The position numbers and the translations under genes are program-made. From positions 780,001-812,000 of the forward strand of contig AP024486.1 of assembly GCA_021654395.1 (NCBI GenBank): DNA of 32,000 nt, in the 5' to 3' direction. Position 1 is the first letter of the stretch, and each line of letters begins with the position of its first letter. Below the pieces are notes generated by a model. The model saw only the letters and a program-made list of their open reading frames with translations. It ran no database searches and was not told the DNA's origin. The DNA is from Candidatus Saccharimonadota bacterium. Lineage in GTDB: Archaea; Micrarchaeota; Micrarchaeia; Micrarchaeales; Micrarchaeaceae. Shown here one piece after another: positions 8,778 through 16,350 of this stretch.

Positions 8778-9847
8778 TCATTAGCACCAGTTATTATCGC
8801 AACAGTATATCCATCTAATCTATCTCTTATCCTATTATATGCTGCTATAACAGATGCTGATGCTGTCTCTATTATCAAGTTATACTTCCCTGCAAAGTAG
8901 TCTCTAGCCTCTACAAGCTCTTTATCTGAAACAGATAATGCATAGCCGTTATTCTCTTTAAGCCATTCTAATGCAGAGTCTCCGAAGGTTGGATAGCCAA
9001 CCGCTATAGCATCCGCTATCGTAGATGGCTTAACATACTCTATAGATCTATCCTTCTCATATGCCTTAACAAATGGATCGCACTGCGCAGACTGAACTGC
9101 TATAACTGTTGGTTTATCTCTTATAAGCTTAAATCTGTATAGCTCATCTATAGCCTTCTCAGTAGCGCTTAAGAGCGTTGCATTACCTACTGGAAGTATT
9201 ATATTATCTACGCTCTTCTTTAAGGCTCGCATCTGCTTAAAGATCTCTAGTGTAACTACTCTCTGACCTTCCATCCTATAGCAGTAATCTCCTGTTAAGA
9301 AAGCATTATTTGATATAGAGTACTTTAACGCTTCCTCTTGAGCCTTTGTAAAATCACCATCTATATTTACTATCTCTGCATTATTACTTCTTATAAGATC
9401 TATCTTTGATTCTACTGCATCCTTACTGATATAAACTCTTGCCTTTATCTTATTGATTCTCGAGTAGTAAGATAACGAGTATGCCATATTTCCTGTAGAT
9501 GCGCAGACTATCTCTTTGTAATTATAATCTATGGCCTTTGAGATCTCTACGATGCTACCCCTATCTTTAAAAGATCTTGTTGGATTCTCTGTCTCAAGCT
9601 TAAGATATAGAGCTTTATCTTTTATATCCCTTAAAAGCTTTGTATCTCCTAATATGTAATATCCATAGTTAGACTTTGGCAGTACTCTTGTTAATGATCT
9701 ATAGCTTCTTAATTGAAGGTCTTTATCTGTAATATCATTATAGTAATACTCAACTCTTAGTATACCATTACATCTGCTGCATATCTGCGACTTATAGCTC
9801 ATATCGTACTCTGAGTTACAGCTGCTACAAACTAACTTATAGCGCAT
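8774..9847 (-). CDS. thrC: Threonine synthase (PLP-dependent, with N-terminal zinc ribbon)
   Basis: PLP-lysine motif NPTRSFKDRG and N-terminal CSSCNSEY...CSRCNG. The track ORF extends to 9907. However, ATG at 9847 (MRYKLVCSSC) lies 4 nt after the mazG-like stop, so I prefer that start. Confidence 0.8.
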   Translation of the reverse strand: MRYKLVCSSCNSEYDMSYKSQICSRCNGILRVEYYYNDITDKDLQLRSYRSLTRVLPKSNYGYYILGDTKLLRDIKDKALYLKLETENPTRSFKDRGSIVEISKAIDYNYKEIVCASTGNMAYSLSYYSRINKIKARVYISKDAVESKIDLIRSNNAEIVNIDGDFTKAQEEALKYSISNNAFLTGDYCYRMEGQRVVTLEIFKQMRALKKSVDNIILPVGNATLLSATEKAIDELYRFKLIRDKPTVIAVQSAQCDPFVKAYEKDRSIEYVKPSTIADAIAVGYPTFGDSALEWLKENNGYALSVSDKELVEARDYFAGKYNLIIETASASVIAAYNRIRDRLDGYTVAIITGANE

Positions 9848-9851
9848 GGTC

Positions 9852-10181
9852 TCAGCTCTTAGTACCATAACGCCTTCTATTCTCTTCCATCTTACTATTA
9901 AAGGCATCGGATAGCTTTATGTTATATATATCTGCTAGAATTGATAGATAGTAAAGTATATCTGCAAACTCCTCACTAAGATCTTTTGCATTTATATCTG
10001 AGTGTGCCTCTGTATAGTACTTAGATCTAAATAGCTTCTTAACCTTATTTAGCAGCTCTCCAACCTCACCAGATAGTGCGGTTGCTACATATAAGGCTTC
10101 TATATCCTTATCTGCATATCTGCTCTTTGGCTCTATATGCCATGTCTCCTTAGCAATATTCTTTATGCTATCTATATCCAT
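9852..10181 (-). CDS. MazG-like nucleotide pyrophosphohydrolase (all-alpha NTP-PPase)
   Basis: 109 aa with paired acidic motifs SGEVGELLNKVKK (ExxE) and EEFADILYYL (ExxD), typical of MazG/YpjD-type domains. Confidence 0.75.
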   Translation of the reverse strand: MDIDSIKNIAKETWHIEPKSRYADKDIEALYVATALSGEVGELLNKVKKLFRSKYYTEAHSDINAKDLSEEFADILYYLSILADIYNIKLSDAFNSKMEENRRRYGTKS

Positions 10182-10228
10182 AATCCCACTCTAATATAAA
10201 GATATATAATATACTTAATAAAGCTTCA

Positions 10229-10981
10229 TCATAGCTTACTATAGAATAGCTTTCTATAGAGTGTTATATTTCCTATATCGTACCATTCTCCATTAAATAC
10301 ATGCCCTTTAATCTTCTCTTGCTTTATAAGCCATTCTATAAACTTACCTATAGCATCTACGTCTGTATTACTGTTTAGATAATTATTAAACATAGATAGC
10401 TGCTCCTTAGGAAAGATATATATTCCTGTGCTAACGAGCGTTGACTCTGGATTCTCTGGCTTTTCAACAAACTTATATATCTCCTTATTATCATTTATAC
10501 TTACAACTCCAAATGCCTTCGCATCCTCTAAGCTCTTTATATCATATAAAGCGATATAAACAGCTCTTGCTCTATTAAACTCCTGTATCATCGTGTCTAA
10601 GTTAAAGTCGAAGTAGTTATCTCCAGCAACTATTAGCAGATCATCATCTATACCTGCCTTTCTTATTGCATACTCTATTCCCTTTACTGCACCAAGCTTC
10701 TCAGCATTATCAATAACAGGCTCTATAACTAGCTCTATATCTCTATTATAGAGTCTCTTACTTACCTCTTTATAGTACTCGAAGTTCTTTTTGAATCTCA
10801 TATTTGATGATATAATTACTCTTTCAAATTTAGCCTCTTTGCTTTCCATTATATTATCTATTATATGATCTAGTAACGGCTTACCTGCTACAGGCAACAA
10901 AGGCTTTGGTATAAACTCTGTTATAGGCTCTAATCTCTTTGCAAATCCTCCGCATAGTAATAACAGCTTCATACTATTCAC
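10229..10981 (-). CDS. Sugar-1-phosphate nucleotidyltransferase (NTP_transferase family; substrate not assignable)
   Basis: N-terminal LLLCGGFAKRLEPIT...PKPLLPVAGKPLLDHII (GxGxR/KL...KPL signature), plus VAGDNYF and VEKPE motifs. Confidence 0.85.
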   Translation of the reverse strand: MNSMKLLLLCGGFAKRLEPITEFIPKPLLPVAGKPLLDHIIDNIMESKEAKFERVIISSNMRFKKNFEYYKEVSKRLYNRDIELVIEPVIDNAEKLGAVKGIEYAIRKAGIDDDLLIVAGDNYFDFNLDTMIQEFNRARAVYIALYDIKSLEDAKAFGVVSINDNKEIYKFVEKPENPESTLVSTGIYIFPKEQLSMFNNYLNSNTDVDAIGKFIEWLIKQEKIKGHVFNGEWYDIGNITLYRKLFYSKL

Positions 10982-11150
10982 TTGTATTAGAGTATAAATA
11001 AGTATTAAATAAATCTTAAAATATTTAGAATGCTAACTTCATATAATAGATATACTTAATAATGATTTAATAACCAACTATATAGGTATCAATTTAAATA
11101 TTTAAATATAATTGCTACTAATTATCATTACAGCCAATAATTTCGTTAAT

Positions 11151-11223
11151 GGGGAGTTACGCTAACCTGGTAGACTGCCAGCCTTGGGCGCTGGTAGTAA
11201 GGGTTCAAATCCCTTACTCCCCG
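11151..11223 (+). tRNA. tRNA-Pro (anticodon UGG); CCA not encoded
   Basis: Hand fold. Acceptor GGGGAGT/ACTCCCC (7 bp). Anticodon stem CCAGC/GCTGG with loop CTTGGGC (anticodon TGG, G37). T arm AAGGG-TTCAAAT-CCCTT. The D stem pairs poorly in my fold (see findings). Confidence 0.8.
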
Positions 11224-11422
11224 CTTCTTTAATTATATTGTCTTTTAATACACAGATCTAAGAGCTTTTATTTATAAGATAATATTTAGATATAAAGTTA
11301 TACAATTAGTAGCTATTAAGTATAACTAAATGCTTTATGCTCTATCTATCTTAACTTTTAGATATTAGCTTCTATCTAATCTCTCTAGACATTTATATAA
11401 AATAAATTTTATAATCTATAGC

Positions 11423-11430
11423 TTTTAATA
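11423..11430 (+). promoter_or_regulatory. TATA-box-like element (TTTTAATA, in AGCTTTTAATAT) 23-30 nt upstream of the TTG start at 11453
   Basis: Position and sequence fit an archaeal BRE/TATA. The spacing implies a leaderless or very short-leader transcript. Confidence 0.35.
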
Positions 11431-11452
11431 TGCTAATGGAGAGCTTTTAGTC

Positions 11453-12229
11453 TTGATATTAAAGGTGTCTAACATAACAGATATAACAAGAGATAGCAGT
11501 TCAATTAGATATATTAATACAGATATAGAAGGCTTAAGATCAGCTATAATTAGAGTCATACCAGAAGGCCTTGATGAAAATCTAAGAGCTGAGATTAGAA
11601 GATATTATGAAGAGACAGAACCAGATGGAATTATTACAAGAGTTTCAAGCATAAAGATCCAAGATCCAATAGAAGAGTATATAGATATAACTACATTTAT
11701 TATGCCTTTTGGACTAGCAATCTATGGAAATAGAGATGGTTACTTCACTCCTTTAAAAAATATTAAAAGATTCTTAAATAGAGATTTACTTGTAGAAGCT
11801 ACGAACGACCTTAACGCTTCAATCGAACCTATAGTTGAGAATCCAGAGCTAGATACTAATGCTAGATTCTATCTTTTAAATAGAGATAATGATAAGTCCT
11901 CTAAGGTAATAGCTTTACCAACGCTTGAGATTAGACCATTTATTGATAGAAAGGTTATTAAAGAGACTAGAGATATACAGAAAATTATATTTAGCTTTGA
12001 TCTATTTTACATAGTAAAGATATATAATATTAGTGATGATGAGCTAACAAGGAATCAGATACTTCATAGATATGGCTATGTGCCTATAAAAAATCTGTAT
12101 CGCTTTTGGATAGATCAAGTTGACTCATTTAGGAGCAAGGGTAAAAGCTATTTAGATCTCTTTTATGAAGATAAAGACTTAAAAAAAGAAACATTTAAAA
12201 GCTTTACAATAAAATTTAAGATTGGTTAA
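11453..12229 (+). CDS. Hypothetical protein (258 aa), no recognisable motif; first gene of the tRNA-Pro-adjacent cassette
   Basis: Long uninterrupted ORF with a TTG start and no in-frame ATG until aa ~84. Followed 14 nt later by the next ORF, which has a GGTG SD-like element. More AAA (vs AAG) Lys codons by eye than in neighbouring housekeeping genes. Confidence 0.65.
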   Translation: MILKVSNITDITRDSSSIRYINTDIEGLRSAIIRVIPEGLDENLRAEIRRYYEETEPDGIITRVSSIKIQDPIEEYIDITTFIMPFGLAIYGNRDGYFTPLKNIKRFLNRDLLVEATNDLNASIEPIVENPELDTNARFYLLNRDNDKSSKVIALPTLEIRPFIDRKVIKETRDIQKIIFSFDLFYIVKIYNISDDELTRNQILHRYGYVPIKNLYRFWIDQVDSFRSKGKSYLDLFYEDKDLKKETFKSFTIKFKIG

Positions 12230-12243
12230 TTATTGGTGTCTTA

Positions 12244-13245
12244 TTGAACACTAATAAAAGCCTAAGGAACTCTAATTTTAAGGACCCATCACCCTTCGAA
12301 AAGACTGTTGCTGAACTATTTAAAAATCATTACGTAAAAGATAGTATAACACTAAAGAGAACAAACGATTATATAGAGACATCTGTAGATCTTAAAGATA
12401 AGTTACTAGAGAGGTTAATGCAAGATCATATAATAAAAGGCGTTCTCTACATCATGATTGCCTACGAAGCTTATAAGCATCTCTTCCATATCTATTCTAG
12501 TAAGAAGAAAGACTCTAGAGCGGAATTTAAGGGATTCTTAAGGGATCTTGAATGGACTGTATCGCAAGGTTATATTGAAGATAAAGAAGCTAAAAAGAGT
12601 AAAGGAAATAAGAAGAGGAATAAAGGGAATAATAAAAGAAGGGCTAACTTAAATATAGATGAGCTGCTTAAGTTTTACGGGTTCGATAATAAAGCAATAC
12701 CTTTAATATTAGAATCAGAGCTTAATTATTTTGGAAGAGTTTTATCTAGAAAGAGTGAGGAGGAACTTAGGAAGGTAGCAAATTCTCTATTTAAGACTTT
12801 AAATAAGTACAATCCAGATTTCTTAGTATTTGATCCTAAAGAGATTAGTGACCCCTCATTAATAAGAATAGATGAAGACCTCTTAAAGCATCTAAAGCCA
12901 TATACGATATTAGAAGCCAAGGGCGAACCATACTTTATTGTTATGCTACTTAAGCTTGGTATGATTAAGAATACAGATATAAAGACGATCTATATATTTT
13001 TAGAGAGAGAGCCACCAGATGATCCTATAATAAAGGCTATGCAGGAGAGCATCAATAGATTCCTAAAAGATAATAATGTCGATGAGGAGATGGTTATTAA
13101 TAGACTTATAGATATAATAAGAGAGAACGGCATTGGTATAAATATATACCTAGTAAAGAAAAGAGAGCATTTAGAGATGTATAATACTGATGGCTCTAAT
13201 AAGATAGATCTAGATAATAGGTTTAAGTATAGCACTAGGCCCTAA
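12244..13245 (+). CDS. Hypothetical protein (333 aa) with poly-basic linker and possible PD-(D/E)xK nuclease-like core
   Basis: TTG start 7 nt after GGTG. Basic tract KEAKKSKGNKKRNKGNNKRR (aa ~114-134). NPDFLVFDP...IRIDEDLLKHLKPYTILEAKGE has a PD / D...ExK arrangement within alternating strand-like hydrophobic runs. Confidence 0.65.
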   Translation: MNTNKSLRNSNFKDPSPFEKTVAELFKNHYVKDSITLKRTNDYIETSVDLKDKLLERLMQDHIIKGVLYIMIAYEAYKHLFHIYSSKKKDSRAEFKGFLRDLEWTVSQGYIEDKEAKKSKGNKKRNKGNNKRRANLNIDELLKFYGFDNKAIPLILESELNYFGRVLSRKSEEELRKVANSLFKTLNKYNPDFLVFDPKEISDPSLIRIDEDLLKHLKPYTILEAKGEPYFIVMLLKLGMIKNTDIKTIYIFLEREPPDDPIIKAMQESINRFLKDNNVDEEMVINRLIDIIRENGIGINIYLVKKREHLEMYNTDGSNKIDLDNRFKYSTRP

Positions 13246-14117
13246 TGCGTCTTGTAGTTAATTATTCCTACTTCTACTACAATGCATCTGCTATTTATGT
13301 AATAGATATTACTTGGATTAAATATAGTCACTGGAGTCACTGGGCTCCTTTCTATAACCACCGGGTTGAATGAGACGTCTTTCGAAGCCACTTGATTAGA
13401 GACTGCTCCAGAGTAGTATACTGCATCTGTCTTATTTAATGATGCAGGATTACTTGTATTTCTTATCTGAGAATTAATCGCAAGACCACCTAAAGTATTC
13501 CTTTCTACTACTCCATATGTAATTAAATATAAAGGATGATAATAAGGGACTGCGCAAGATGTTGTAGCATTTAAGGAATAAGCAATCCATAGATATCCAT
13601 GAAACTGTGTTCCTTGTGGTGGAAAGTATGTATCATTTGCTGATACATTATATTGAAACAGGCCAAGATTACCGAATATTGTAAGATTTGCAGAGTAGAT
13701 ATTACCACCGACCATATCAGGCATATATGTATAGTATGGATAGTAAGGATCAAATGTTGAAGGTGTATAATATAGATTTACATTAGATCCGTTCAGACTC
13801 TGATTAGTTGTTATAAAAACTATTGGATTATACCATGTATTTGTAGTTAGCTGACCAAGATGTAGTATCTCTAACTCTCCATTGGATGTATTCACTTTAA
13901 AATAATAGAGATAATGCGTTGTTATATGCCTAGTAAAAGCTATCCCATTACAGATAAATTGTGAGGATGTAATACAGACATCTCCAGCATTTGTATTGAA
14001 TACTCCTAATAGCACTAATGCTATTAGAACTACTGCTATTATCAAGAATGCCCAACCGTATGTTATTAGGTACTCCATTGATGATTGTAGCTTTATCATT
14101 ATGATCAGTTTATACAT
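13242..14117 (-). CDS. Type IV pilin-like protein with class III signal peptide (short paralogue, no Ser/Thr stalk)
   Basis: MIKLQSSMEYLITYGWAFLIIAVVLIALVLLGVF is the same signature as the 87-2309 and 23359-24747 genes, followed by C-x8-C (CITSSQFIC). The likely true start is ATG at 14099 (MIKLQ). Rich in N-x-S/T sequons. Confidence 0.8.
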   Translation of the reverse strand: MYKLIIMIKLQSSMEYLITYGWAFLIIAVVLIALVLLGVFNTNAGDVCITSSQFICNGIAFTRHITTHYLYYFKVNTSNGELEILHLGQLTTNTWYNPIVFITTNQSLNGSNVNLYYTPSTFDPYYPYYTYMPDMVGGNIYSANLTIFGNLGLFQYNVSANDTYFPPQGTQFHGYLWIAYSLNATTSCAVPYYHPLYLITYGVVERNTLGGLAINSQIRNTSNPASLNKTDAVYYSGAVSNQVASKDVSFNPVVIERSPVTPVTIFNPSNIYYINSRCIVVEVGIINYKTH

Positions 14118-14124
14118 TCTTAAT

Positions 14125-14133
14125 AAAAAAAAA
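14125..14133 (-). terminator. Oligo-T tract (T9 on the minus strand) directly after the 14150-14488 gene
   Basis: Minus-strand sequence after the stop reads ...GTATTTTATTTTTTTTTATT. Archaeal intrinsic termination typically uses oligo-T runs. Confidence 0.4.
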
Positions 14134-14149
14134 TAAAATACTTCTCTTA

Positions 14150-14488
14150 TTATTTATATATTACCCTACTAGTATCTATGAAGCCACCAGCGCATAGAGC
14201 CATAGATATATTAGAGATATATCGATTTAGAGCTTCATAATTTAATCTATTTAGCTTCTCTATGCTTATATATATCTTCTCTGCTAACTTCCTATCTCTC
14301 TCTAAGATTAATCTTGCATCTTCTTTAATATCTATGCCTTTCTCTGGGTTAAGATCTACTATAATATTATGTAGCTCTTCTACTCTTTTGTGTATTGGTA
14401 TGCCACTCTCTTCAAGCTCTAAGTAGGTATATATATCGCTTATTATCCTATTTAGGCATTCCTCTTTGCCGTTAGTTATACTTACCAT
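14150..14488 (-). CDS. Hypothetical small cytoplasmic protein (112 aa)
   Basis: Clean ORF with host-like codon usage (AAG/GAG/ATA/AGA). Charged composition that looks helical. No recognisable motif. Confidence 0.55.
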   Translation of the reverse strand: MVSITNGKEECLNRIISDIYTYLELEESGIPIHKRVEELHNIIVDLNPEKGIDIKEDARLILERDRKLAEKIYISIEKLNRLNYEALNRYISNISMALCAGGFIDTSRVIYK

Positions 14489-14594
14489 CTTATCACCCTA
14501 GTAATAGTAAGATTATACTAATTGTAATATAAAAGCTCTACTATAGAAAGATTTAAATATTTATTTATATTATTTAAAAAATATACCACACCCA

Positions 14595-15062
14595 TCAATC
14601 TATTTTTACTATCTTTATAGTTTCATTCTTTTCTATCTCTATATTCAAATTCTTATATATCTCTAATACCGCATTGCCATAATGACATACTACTCTTAAG
14701 CTATAAGGGGTTGCATTGTATATAAAGATAGATCTATTATCAGCAATCCATATCTGATAGAGAGGCTCTGGAGTGTTCTTCATCCAGAAGCACAGCTCTG
14801 AATAATTATTGAAGCTGAAGTACTCTCCAACTATACCATCTAAGCTAAAGTTAGTATAGTTCATTAAACCTATCTCTCTAGAGCTATTATTATCTGCATA
14901 GAAAACATTATAATCTATATTACCTATCTCAACCACTGCTCTGATTCTATTTATATTAGAGCTATTATTACTATGCAATATGCTCATCAGAATATAAGCA
15001 TATATAATAAGCGCTAATATAAAGATCGAGAAGCCCAGTATGAAAGCTACGCTTGGCTTCAT
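14595..15062 (-). CDS. DUF192 (COG1430) domain protein with N-terminal membrane anchor/signal
   Basis: ADNNSSREIGLMNYTN...CFWMKNTPEPLYQIWI matches the DUF192 pattern (A.T...GLM...FWMKNT..PLDI.F). N-terminal hydrophobic helix. The start overlaps the stop of the upstream hydrolase gene. Confidence 0.7.
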   Translation of the reverse strand: MKPSVAFILGFSIFILALIIYAYILMSILHSNNSSNINRIRAVVEIGNIDYNVFYADNNSSREIGLMNYTNFSLDGIVGEYFSFNNYSELCFWMKNTPEPLYQIWIADNRSIFIYNATPYSLRVVCHYGNAVLEIYKNLNIEIEKNETIKIVKID

Positions 15063-15670
15063 ATGTACACCTTTTTAATGAACTCTGTAACCTTTTTATT
15101 AAACAGCTCTGGGTCATCTAAATAGCAGGCATGTCTTTCTCCTATATAAGCTAGATCTGCAGCTTTATTTACATCCATTATAAGCTTAGCGTTATCAATA
15201 GGAGAGGTCTGATCATTCTTACCCCATATCAGCAGAGTCGGAATGCCATTAATAGAGTTTAAGCTATCCCCATATCTATCTACATAAACAGGAGCTACTA
15301 AGATTAATCCTTTTACATACTCTTTATTCTCTATAGCAAAGTCTAATGCAGCAACAGCGCCCATAGATGCGCCTAGATATATAGCATCTTTAATATGCAG
15401 CTCATCACACGCTGCTTTGATAAACTCAGACAGAGCTTTTACTCCATGTCTATTAAAGCTCTTGAACTTACCTAAAGAAGATCTTCCGAACCCAGGAAAG
15501 TCAAAGGCAACTGCTCTATATCCATTATCTGCTATGGCTTCTAGAGTTCTTGTTTCCTTCCATACATCTGCATTAAAGCTACGACCATGAAGTAGAATAA
15601 CAGCTCTTCCTGTTCCATTCTCTATATAACGGATATCTGCATCATTTATTCTTATATATCTCTCTTCCAT
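15059..15670 (-). CDS. Alpha/beta-fold hydrolase
   Basis: VILLHGRSF oxyanion-region motif, nucleophile elbow GASMGA (GxSxG), C-terminal ...GERHACYLDDPE (His of the triad). Confidence 0.85.
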   Translation of the reverse strand: MEERYIRINDADIRYIENGTGRAVILLHGRSFNADVWKETRTLEAIADNGYRAVAFDFPGFGRSSLGKFKSFNRHGVKALSEFIKAACDELHIKDAIYLGASMGAVAALDFAIENKEYVKGLILVAPVYVDRYGDSLNSINGIPTLLIWGKNDQTSPIDNAKLIMDVNKAADLAYIGERHACYLDDPELFNKKVTEFIKKVYI

Positions 15671-15729
15671 AATATAAATTCAGAAAGAACTAATTAAAGC
15701 TTTATTCTTAATTAACTAATCTTGATAGC

Positions 15730-16350
15730 ATGAGTAAAGCAGATCTATACGACAAGAATGATGAAAAGTTCAATGCATTAACCTCACATATGTATGGATT
15801 AGTTTATAAGCTTAAAGAAGGAAAGGAGTTTGAGAGATACGTTACAGATAGCATTATAAGTATAGCAAAGCAGATGAATAAAAAGCTCTCTATACTTGAT
15901 GTTGGATTTGGACCATTTATACTAGATGAGTATCTTTATAAAAGGCTTAAGGAAAGCAATATAAGCTTTGATCTATATGGAGTAGAGCCTTCTGAGAGCA
16001 TGTACAAGATAGCTATAAAAAGAGCAAAAAAGCTTAATGCTGATAATATATGGCTTTATATTGGCTCTTGCAGGACATTTAATAAAGAGATAGACAGTAT
16101 GAGATTTGATATAATATTTATGACTCTAGTATTTCATCATATAGAGAAGAAGAAAGATTGCATAGAGAATCTGATAAACCATCTTAATGAGAATGGCTTG
16201 ATTCTTATATATGAGTTTAATAGGAGTCCTATGAATATACATACAATGAGCTATGAGAAGCTAAGTAATATATTAAAAGATATACCTGGAATAATGTATG
16301 ATATAAAAGAAGAAGGAGTATATACATTCTCTAGAATATCTAAAGCTTAA
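15730..16350 (+). CDS. Class I SAM-dependent methyltransferase
   Basis: Motif I ILDVGFGPF, a post-I acidic residue (YGVEPSE), FDIIFMTLVFHHI (motif II/III region). Confidence 0.8.
   Translation: MSKADLYDKNDEKFNALTSHMYGLVYKLKEGKEFERYVTDSIISIAKQMNKKLSILDVGFGPFILDEYLYKRLKESNISFDLYGVEPSESMYKIAIKRAKKLNADNIWLYIGSCRTFNKEIDSMRFDIIFMTLVFHHIEKKKDCIENLINHLNENGLILIYEFNRSPMNIHTMSYEKLSNILKDIPGIMYDIKEEGVYTFSRISKA

Noticed and set aside
9848-9907. N-terminal 20-codon extension of the thrC ORF overlapping the MazG-like gene by 56 nt
   Set aside because: An in-frame ATG at 9847 gives the conserved MRYKLVCSSC zinc-ribbon N-terminus and sits 4 nt after the upstream stop. The extension (MPLIVRWKRIEGV...) is probably not translated.
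10982-11150. Long AT-rich spacers (10982-11150, 11224-11452) as candidates for a replication origin or ncRNA
   Set aside because: I could not find ORB-like repeated elements, an adjacent cdc6/orc1 gene, or stable conserved-looking secondary structure. AT-rich promoter or terminator space around a tRNA gene is sufficient explanation.
11151-14117. Classical tRNA-integrated mobile element (integrase plus att direct repeats) at tRNA-Pro
   Set aside because: No integrase, recombinase, transposase or replication-type motif is visible in the two cassette proteins. By eye I found no second copy of the tRNA 3' end (GGTTCAAATCCCTTACTCCCC) downstream. I retained it only as an 'acquired cassette' hypothesis, not as a mobile-element call.
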